This document shows positions 55,819-64,000 of a DNA stretch of 64,000 nt, piece by piece. The DNA is from an uncultured Rickettsiales bacterium (GTDB taxonomy: Bacteria; Myxococcota_A; UBA796; UBA9615; CAYRNR01): positions 4,109 through 68,108 of the forward strand of contig CAZBPN010000004.1 in assembly GCA_964493735.1 (NCBI GenBank). Reading direction: 5' to 3'. The notes under the pieces are model-generated. The model searched no databases and was not told the DNA's origin. It saw nothing but the letters and a program-made list of their open reading frames with translations. The stretch's first letter is position 1; every line of letters starts with the position of its first letter. The position numbers and the translations under genes were made by a program.

Positions 55819-57768
55819 TCAGCGCACCACCACCCGCACCGGCGATCCGGCCGAGCCGTGGGCGGCGGTCCCGCAGCCGCTGGCCTCCACGTAGTAGAGG
55901 ATCGCCGGGCGGTGCTCGGCGGTGACCGGCAGGGACCAGGAGAACGAGGGCCCGTCCCCCCCCAGCGCCGCGGTCCGCCAGGCGCCCGACCCCTCCACGG
56001 TCCAGTGGACGGCCACGTCGCAGCCGGTCCTGCCGGTGTCGACGCGGGTGGTCAGGGTGGTGTTGCGCAGGGTGCGGCGGGAGCCCTCGACGGCGAGGGT
56101 GAGGGGGGCGTCGACCTCGGCGAGGACGAAGGCGTCGGCGTCTGTCTCGGTCTCGGTCTCGTCCTCGTCCTCGGCCTCGGTCTCGTCCTCGGTCTCGTCC
56201 TCGGTCTCGGTCTCGGACTCGGACTCGGTCTCGGACTCGGTCTCGGACTCGGTCCCGTCCTCGGCGGAGCTCCCGGCCCCGCGCTCACCTCCGAGCTCGG
56301 GTGGCACGGGCAGCTTGCTGCCCGTGGGGGGAACGGGAACAGCCTCCTCCTCGTCCTCGATCTCGATCTCCGTCAGCGCATCGTCGCCCACCACCTCGTC
56401 GCCCCCACCGGTCGACGCCGGCGAGACGGTCCCGGTCGCGGGGGGTCCCGCCGAGTCCCGGCTGAGCAGGCCCCAGCCCGCCACCGACGCGATCCCGACG
56501 ACGACCACCCCGAGGAAGAGCAGCAGCAACGGGATCGCCAGCCAGAGCCAGATCGCCCGCTTCTTGCGCGGCTCCTCCTCCACGGGCGTGGGCGGTTCCT
56601 CGGGGGGCGCGACGACCGGCGGATCGTCCTTGACCGTGTCGTCGATGGGCTCGTCGTCGCGCTCGGTCGCCTCGCCGGCGGGAGCCTCGATCCGGTCGGT
56701 GGGATCGTCCCAGTCCGGGTGGTGACGGGCGCCGGCGTAGGGCCGTTGCTCGGTCTTGTCGCCCCGGGGTTCCCCCTCGGCGCCGTGGAGGACCGAGTAG
56801 TCCCCGCTGCGATCCGACGGCAGCTCCTCCAGGCTCCCCTCGTCCAGCTCCTCGGCCAGCCGCTCCTGCCAGCGGGCCACCAGCGCCGGCATCTGTTGCT
56901 CCAGCGGGTACACGGAGCGCAGCCCCCTCAGCTCGCGGGCCACCTCCGCGGCGCTCTCCGGGCGGTCCCCGGGCTGGGGCTGGAGCAGGCGCCGCAGCAG
57001 GGGCGTGAAGGCGTCGGCCGTCCCCGGCAGGGCCAGCAGCAGCTCCTCGGGATCCGGCGCCACCTCGGTGATCGGCTGGCCCCGGCGGTAGGCCATCTTG
57101 GCCGGCACGATCGAGGTCAATCCCTGCAGCAGCATGACCCCCAGGGAGAACAGGTCGCTGGCCGGTGACACCTCGCCGGCGACCGCCTGCTCGGGGGACA
57201 TGTAGCCGGGGGTGCCGACGATCGTCTCCTTGGCGGTGATTCGCTCCTTGGCGCGGGCGCTGACCACGCCGAAGTCGGTGATCTTGACCCGCCCGGAGCG
57301 GTGGACCAGCACGTTGGAGGGCTTCAGATCCCGGTGGACGAGCTCCAGGTGCTTGCCCTCCAGGTCATGCAGGTCGTGGATGTGCTCCAGCCCGCGACAG
57401 ATCTGGTGGCCCACCTCGGCCACGAGCCCCGGGCTCATGACCTCCTCGTGCTCCATCATGTGGAAGTACAGGTCGCCCAGGTCGATGCCGTCCACGTACT
57501 CGGTGATCAGGAAGTACTCGTCCTTGACCTTGAGCAGGTCGATGGTGCCCACGACGTTGTCGTGGTTCATCAGCCCGCCGATCTGGGCCTCGCGGATCAG
57601 GAGCTTGACGACCGCCGGATCCCGGGTCGCCGAGCGGTGCAGCCGCTTCATCGCCACCTGGCGGACGAAGGGCCCCTCGCCCTCCATGCGGGCCAGGTAG
57701 ACGGTGGAGAACGCGCCGCTGCCCAGGGGCCGGACGATGGTGTAGCGCCCGATCCGTACCTCGTCCAT
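55819..57768 (-). CDS. Hanks-type Ser/Thr protein kinase with a single TM helix and an extracellular (SE/TE/DE)n acidic repeat region
   Basis: Kinase motifs are GSGAFSTVY...AMK, HRDLKPSNVL, DFG and GTPGYMSPE. The TM helix is AIWLWLAIPLLLLFLGVVVVGIA. The repeat region reads TESETESETESESETETEDETEDETEAEDEDETETETD. Confidence 0.85.
   Translation of the reverse strand: MDEVRIGRYTIVRPLGSGAFSTVYLARMEGEGPFVRQVAMKRLHRSATRDPAVVKLLIREAQIGGLMNHDNVVGTIDLLKVKDEYFLITEYVDGIDLGDLYFHMMEHEEVMSPGLVAEVGHQICRGLEHIHDLHDLEGKHLELVHRDLKPSNVLVHRSGRVKITDFGVVSARAKERITAKETIVGTPGYMSPEQAVAGEVSPASDLFSLGVMLLQGLTSIVPAKMAYRRGQPITEVAPDPEELLLALPGTADAFTPLLRRLLQPQPGDRPESAAEVARELRGLRSVYPLEQQMPALVARWQERLAEELDEGSLEELPSDRSGDYSVLHGAEGEPRGDKTEQRPYAGARHHPDWDDPTDRIEAPAGEATERDDEPIDDTVKDDPPVVAPPEEPPTPVEEEPRKKRAIWLWLAIPLLLLFLGVVVVGIASVAGWGLLSRDSAGPPATGTVSPASTGGGDEVVGDDALTEIEIEDEEEAVPVPPTGSKLPVPPELGGERGAGSSAEDGTESETESETESESETETEDETEDETEAEDEDETETETDADAFVLAEVDAPLTLAVEGSRRTLRNTTLTTRVDTGRTGCDVAVHWTVEGSGAWRTAALGGDGPSFSWSLPVTAEHRPAILYYVEASGCGTAAHGSAGSPVRVVVR
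56143..56262. repeat. imperfect tandem hexamer array of about 19 units (ctcggt / ctcgtc / ctcgga) encoding the (T/S/D)E repeat of the kinase
   Basis: Read directly from lines 56101-56280. Confidence 0.75.
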
Positions 57769-57774
57769 GGTGCT

Positions 57775-58980
57775 TCAGTAGTCCCCGCCGCAGCCGCCGG
57801 GGACCTCGGCCGGGGCGCCGTTCTCGGCGATCACGCCCTCGACGTACCAGCACATCCGCAGCAACTCCTCGTCGCTCATCTCGTCGCCGTCCTCGACCCG
57901 CTCGGACCCCCCGGCGTCATCGATGGGGCCGACGAAGGGCAGGTGGACGTTGTCCGGCTCCGAGAGCTGGGCGAAGGTCGACTCGACCTGCATGACCACC
58001 GAGGTGGGGACGTCCTCGTGGATGTCGGCCAGGTAGACCGTGCTGGTCTCGCGGTCGATCTGGACCTGGTCCCAGACGGTCGCGTAGGGGTCCCAGCTGC
58101 CCTCCATCATCTGCTGGACGAGCCGGGCGTAGAGCGGTCCCCAGTTCCAGTAGGGCGCGGTCAGGCAGGTGTCCGGGGCGAAGTCGCAGCTGTCCTCGTT
58201 GTCGTAGCCGATCGAGTAGATGTCGAAGGGGTAGGTCGCCGAGTTGGCCAGCGCGTCCACCGTCTCCAGGGGGATGGTGGTGTCGGTCTTGCTGACGATC
58301 ACGTCCGCACCGGCGGCGATCAGCGCCTCGGTGACCAGCGGCTCCTGCTCGATGTCGAACCAGTTGTGGATCCACTCCACGTGGACCACCACGTCCGGGT
58401 TGACCGAGCGGGCCCCCAGGGTCATCGCGTTGAGGTGGCGGACGGTCTCGGGGATCACCACCGGCCCCACCACGCCGATGCGGTCGCTGCCGGTCTGCTC
58501 GGTCACGTGCCCCGCCACGATCCCGGCCAGGTACCAGACCTGGTACATGCGGCCGAAGTAGGAGCCCAGGTTGGGGGACGAGACGAAGCCCGAGCAGTTG
58601 AGGAAGCGGGCCTCGGGGTGGTTGGCGGCGGCGGTCTGGGTGGCGGACAGGAAGTCGAAGCTGGTGGTGACCAGCACGTTGTCCCCGCCGGCGATGAACT
58701 CCTCCATCACGTCCACCGCGTCCGCGGCGATCACCGACGGCTGGTACTGGGTGGTCACCCCGTCCAGCTCGCTCTCCAGGTACTCACGGCCCACGTCGTG
58801 GGCCTTGGTCCAGCCGTGGTCGCCCACGGGGCCGACGTACAGGAAGCCGACCCGGGCCTCGTCCATCTCCCCGGGCCAGGACCCCATCCAGCAGGAGGAG
58901 CAGAGAACGGCGAGCCCCACGCTGGCCGCGGTCCGCAGCAGCAGGCCCGTCAACCGTCCCCGTCGTCGCCTCGTGCCCAC
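57775..58980 (-). CDS. BMP-family (Med/PnrA-like) ABC-transporter substrate-binding lipoprotein
   Basis: Lipobox LCSSC. RVGFLYVGPVGDHGWTKAHDVGREYLE is the hallmark of BMP/PnrA proteins. The gene ends 6 nt upstream of the kinase start. Confidence 0.8.
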   Translation of the reverse strand: MGTRRRRGRLTGLLLRTAASVGLAVLCSSCWMGSWPGEMDEARVGFLYVGPVGDHGWTKAHDVGREYLESELDGVTTQYQPSVIAADAVDVMEEFIAGGDNVLVTTSFDFLSATQTAAANHPEARFLNCSGFVSSPNLGSYFGRMYQVWYLAGIVAGHVTEQTGSDRIGVVGPVVIPETVRHLNAMTLGARSVNPDVVVHVEWIHNWFDIEQEPLVTEALIAAGADVIVSKTDTTIPLETVDALANSATYPFDIYSIGYDNEDSCDFAPDTCLTAPYWNWGPLYARLVQQMMEGSWDPYATVWDQVQIDRETSTVYLADIHEDVPTSVVMQVESTFAQLSEPDNVHLPFVGPIDDAGGSERVEDGDEMSDEELLRMCWYVEGVIAENGAPAEVPGGCGGDY

Positions 58981-58990
58981 GTCCCTCTCC

Positions 58991-59761
58991 TCAGAACCGC
59001 CAGGTCGCCGCCAGCCCGGCCCGTCCCGGCCCCGGCGTGATCACCGGCGCCGTCAGCCCGGTCGAGCGGGCCGGATTCCGCCGACCGGCGGTGGCCAGGT
59101 CCGCGATCAGGCCCGCCAGGGCCACCCCGCCGCTGGCGGCGGCTGCGATGAACGTCACGTTGTTCAGGGGCCTGCGGGCGTCGTAGAGTTCCCGGTCCCC
59201 TTGCTCGATCCACTGGCGGCTCTGGACGAAGGTGATCGTCGCCGTCGCGCCGAACCCGGCCGCCAGTCCGCCGCCGATGCCCGCGACCACCAGTCCCGGG
59301 GGGGCGTTGCCCCTGCGATTGGGGGGTGCGCGCTCGACCCGGGTCGAGCCGATCGGCGAGGTGCCCGGATCATCGTCGGGGTCGACCTCGGCCGGAGCGC
59401 TCCGCCGTACCTCCCCGAGCAGCTCCTCCAGCTCCTGGCGGATGGGCTCGTCCGACGGCTCCATGCAGCCGACGAAGTCGGTGTAGGCCTCGGTGGCGCG
59501 GTCCAGCTCCCCCAGCTCCGCGTAGGTGCGGGCCAGGTACTCGTCGAGGATGCAGCACTCCGGATCCTCGGTCTTGGCGCGCTTCAGCAGGGAGAGGGCG
59601 AGGGCGGGATCCCCGTCGTCCAGGGCCTCGGTGGCCGCAAACAGGTAGTTCTCTGTCTTGAGGCTGACCTCGCCGTCGGCCGCGGGCAGGGCACACGCCA
59701 CCATGGCGATGGCCGCCAATGAACCGACGAGCGCGGTGGGTAACGGACCCCACGACCGCAT
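58991..59761 (-). CDS. TPR-like protein with a signal peptide and C-terminal hydrophobic segments
   Basis: The N-terminal signal is MVAC. TPR-like helices (LARTYAELGELDRATEAY) are followed by two Gly/Ala-rich TM-like segments. Confidence 0.5.
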   Translation of the reverse strand: MRSWGPLPTALVGSLAAIAMVACALPAADGEVSLKTENYLFAATEALDDGDPALALSLLKRAKTEDPECCILDEYLARTYAELGELDRATEAYTDFVGCMEPSDEPIRQELEELLGEVRRSAPAEVDPDDDPGTSPIGSTRVERAPPNRRGNAPPGLVVAGIGGGLAAGFGATATITFVQSRQWIEQGDRELYDARRPLNNVTFIAAAASGGVALAGLIADLATAGRRNPARSTGLTAPVITPGPGRAGLAATWRF

Positions 59762-59904
59762 GACGAAGCCCCTCCACCCGGGCCATCCCCGGCCGGGCGA
59801 CGGGACCGGCTGGAACCGCCGGGACGCCTGTCGCCATCGGTCAGAATACCAGCGTTGGGCGCGCGCGGGGCGGTTTCCCCGGAGGCTTCACCCGGACGAG
59901 TGCG

Positions 59905-60432
59905 CTACGCGCGGATCGCCGCGATGAACGCGTCCGGGGATGGGTGGTCGCCGGCTTCGCGGCACACGTACTCGAAGTGGGTCGCGTCGCCGGGGCCGAG
60001 GACGAACACGCCCCCCTGCTGCCAGGGATCCCCCTGGGTCGAGCCCTGGCGGTTGCCGCCGCGGATCGCCCGGCCCAGGTGGCGCAGGGCCCGCAGGTTG
60101 GCGGTGGTGCGGATCCCCTTGCGCAGATCGGCGGCGCGGTAGGCCTCCATGGACGGGTCGACCAGCACCGGGAACGGCAGCCCGTGCTGCTCGACGAAGT
60201 CCGCCGCCATCGCCGGCTGGCCCTGGCCGATCACCACCAGGTCGGCGCCGCGGTCATGGATGTCGGGGAGGACGTCGCGCAACTGCGCGACCTGCTCGCG
60301 GCAGAACAGTCACCCGTAGTGGCGGATGAACACGACCACCCGCGGGGCGTCCGACCACAGGTCGCCCAGGCGCACGGGGCGGTCGTCGTGATCTCGGAGC
60401 TCGATGGGAGCCAGTCGGGTCGCGGTGTCCAT
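59905..60432 (-). CDS. candidate selenoprotein: AhpC/TSA (peroxiredoxin-like, redoxin fold) protein with an in-frame TGA at codon 41 (60310-60312) giving a U-x-x-C active-site motif
   Basis: The reverse-complement translation from the ATG at 60432 is MDTATRLAPIELRDHDDRPVRLGDLWSDAPRVVVFIRHYG-U-LFCREQVAQLRDVLPDIH..., which is peroxiredoxin-like. The supplied ORF track shows only the 125-aa portion downstream of the TGA. Confidence 0.5.
60274..60291 (-). other. bSECIS-like hairpin: perfect 7-bp stem GUCGCGC / GCGCGAC with apical loop AGUU, beginning 18 nt 3' of the in-frame UGA
   Basis: Read directly from the sequence. A G and a U in the apical loop and the spacing from the UGA both fit bacterial SECIS geometry. 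Confidence 0.4.
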
Positions 60433-60473
60433 GAAGCGGACTGTAGTCACGCCGCCGGCCCGGGGCCAGCGAT

Positions 60474-62042
60474 CTAGTCCATCACCAGGACGATGAACTG
60501 GACCCGGCGGTTCTCGGCGTGGGCGGCCTCGGTGTTGGCGGGGTCGATCAGCTGCTGTTCACCGTATCCGGCGGCGACCAGGCGGTCGGCCCCGATCCCC
60601 TTGCCGATCAGGTAGGCGCGGACGGCGTTGGCCCGGTCCTGGGAGAGCTCCAGGTTGTAGCCGTCGTCGCCGCGGGTGTCGGTGTGGCCCTGGATCTCCA
60701 CCTTGCGGATGTTGGGGTACGCGACCAGGATCTCCTGCACCGCGTCGAGGACCTTGTGGGACTCGGGCTTGATGGTGGCCTTGGCCAGGTCGAAGTAGAC
60801 CTTCTCGAAGATCCGGATCTCGGCCACGGTGTCCTCCACCACCAGCTCCACCAGCGCCGTGTCGGGGCAGCCGTCGTCGTCCTCGACCCCGTTGACCGTC
60901 TCCGGCTGGGTAGGGCAGTCGTCCTCGTCGTCGAGGAACCCGTCCCCGTCCCGGTCGCCGGCGGCGTCGGGGCAGCCGTCCTTGTCGTCGGTCCCGTTGA
61001 GGGTCTCGGGCCGGTCCGGGCACTCGTCCTCGGTGTCCAGGACCCCGTCGCCGTCGTTGTCCGGGTCCGGGCAGCCGTCGTCGTCCTCCCAGCCGTCGAT
61101 GTCCTCGGGCTCGCCCGGGCACTCGTCGGCCTTGTCCGACACCCCGTCCCCGTCCCGATCCGTCGGCGGCATGATGGTGTAGCCCAGGCCGAACACGATC
61201 CGGCCCTCGGGGGACGGCACCCCCTGACCGATGGAGGTCCCCGCCGCGATCCGGAAGGCCACGCCGGGCACCGGGTAGATGGTCGCGCCGGCGAGCCACT
61301 CGGTCGGGTCGTTGCGGGGCACGCCCCGCACGTCGCCGAAGATCTCCCCGCTGAAGGCGAGGGCGTCGATGGGCGTCACGCTGACCGCGGCGCGCCACAG
61401 GAAGGCGTTGCCCGCGATCAGGTCCTCGACCTCCTCGGGCCGCGTGATCCGGTACCCCAGGTTGGCGCCCATCCGCAGCATGCCGATGTGACCCGACAGC
61501 ATCAGCATCGGCGCGAACGACAGGAAGGAGCGGCCCGCGTAGAGCGCCTCGTTGCCGGACGGCAGGCTCAGGGGCAGCACGAAGCCGACGCCGAACTTCT
61601 TCTCCTCGGCGTCCATGAACCGCACCTTGGGCACGATCCGGATGTCGCCGACCGCGGTGCCGACGAAGGCGTCGGTCCAGCCATCGAAGCCGTCGCCGCT
61701 GATGGCCAGGTGGATCGGGATGTCCACCGCCAGGTCGGCGGGGCCGAAGCCGATGGCCGCCTGCAGGTCCATGGTCGCCAGGTCGCCCACCACCCGCTGG
61801 AAGCTGCCGTCGTCGTACCGGTAGAGGACCGGATCGCGGGCGTAGGTGAACCACATCGCGAACGCGGGCTTGCCCAGCTCGAGGGTGCGCGCGTAGTGGG
61901 TGGTGAACCAGCCGTGGTAGTCCGTGTGGGGCTGGAAGTTCTGGGCGTCCATCGGCGGGGGATCCGCCGCCGCCGGCCGGGCCATCGCCGCGACCATCGC
62001 CAGCACGATCCACGCTCCCTGGAGTCTCGTCAGCATCCGCAT
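60474..62042 (-). CDS. OmpA-family outer-membrane protein with an N-terminal beta-barrel, thrombospondin type-3 calcium-binding repeats and a C-terminal OmpA domain
   Basis: A signal peptide is followed by DxDxDGxxDxxDxCP TSP3 repeats. The OmpA C-terminal domain is NIRKVEIQGHTDTRGDDGYNLELSQDRANAV...NRRVQF. Confidence 0.8.
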   Translation of the reverse strand: MRMLTRLQGAWIVLAMVAAMARPAAADPPPMDAQNFQPHTDYHGWFTTHYARTLELGKPAFAMWFTYARDPVLYRYDDGSFQRVVGDLATMDLQAAIGFGPADLAVDIPIHLAISGDGFDGWTDAFVGTAVGDIRIVPKVRFMDAEEKKFGVGFVLPLSLPSGNEALYAGRSFLSFAPMLMLSGHIGMLRMGANLGYRITRPEEVEDLIAGNAFLWRAAVSVTPIDALAFSGEIFGDVRGVPRNDPTEWLAGATIYPVPGVAFRIAAGTSIGQGVPSPEGRIVFGLGYTIMPPTDRDGDGVSDKADECPGEPEDIDGWEDDDGCPDPDNDGDGVLDTEDECPDRPETLNGTDDKDGCPDAAGDRDGDGFLDDEDDCPTQPETVNGVEDDDGCPDTALVELVVEDTVAEIRIFEKVYFDLAKATIKPESHKVLDAVQEILVAYPNIRKVEIQGHTDTRGDDGYNLELSQDRANAVRAYLIGKGIGADRLVAAGYGEQQLIDPANTEAAHAENRRVQFIVLVMD

Positions 62043-62083
62043 CGGCTCGACCTCCCCGTCGTCAGCCGTTCCTCGTCAGCAGT

Positions 62084-64000
<1,917 letters not shown>

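Noticed and set aside
57301-59040. 579-aa plus-strand ORF
   Set aside because: It is antisense to the kinase and BMP lipoprotein genes.

Overview
This 64 kb window has about 70% GC and carries roughly 55 protein-coding genes. I found no rRNA, tRNA, CRISPR array, transposase or integrase. Gene content points to a Myxococcota-type chromosome: two MYXO-CTERM sorting tails, thrombospondin type-3 repeat proteins, MopE-type Cys/Asp metal-binding motifs, an FHA sigma-54 activator paired with a PAS histidine kinase, and a Hanks-type Ser/Thr kinase. The sequence is dense in secreted lipoproteins.

Recognisable housekeeping blocks are:
- a heme operon, hemX(ccsA-like)-hemA-hemC-hemB-hemL, with no hemD in it;
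- proC translationally coupled to an O-methyltransferase;
- a TetR-HlyD-ABC-ABC-TolC-ABC2-ABC2 efflux operon;
- a thioredoxin and an iron-containing alcohol dehydrogenase fused to an SCP2 domain.

The features I think most deserve follow-up are:
1. A nine-gene minus-strand operon (318-10546): MerR/TPR regulator, Asp-nucleophile alpha/beta hydrolase, B12-binding radical SAM enzyme, ChlI-like AAA+ ATPase, VWA protein, two secreted lipoproteins (one with tandem lamin-tail domains), a conserved hypothetical and an F420-type NADP reductase-like protein.
2. Inside that operon the ChlI-like ORF ends two codons past an A_AAA_AAA_G run, and the minus-one frame continues through a Pro-rich linker into the VWA domain. 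A minus-one slip there would produce a ChlD-like fusion protein.
3. A peroxiredoxin-like gene whose active-site position is an in-frame TGA (U-x-x-C), followed 18 nt later by a perfect 7-bp hairpin. This is a candidate selenoprotein.
4. A family of at least nine lipoproteins that all carry a (DDDTG)n acidic linker directly after the lipobox Cys, encoded by 15-bp tandem DNA repeats.
5. Two adjacent secreted peptidases (C39-like and M23) that share an N-terminal module.
6. A pentapeptide-repeat protein fused to a potassium-channel pore.
7. A (GAGACC)n hexamer microsatellite present both inside the Ser/Thr kinase gene and in an intergenic terminator region.

Many long six-frame ORFs in this window are antisense or out-of-frame high-GC artefacts and were discarded.
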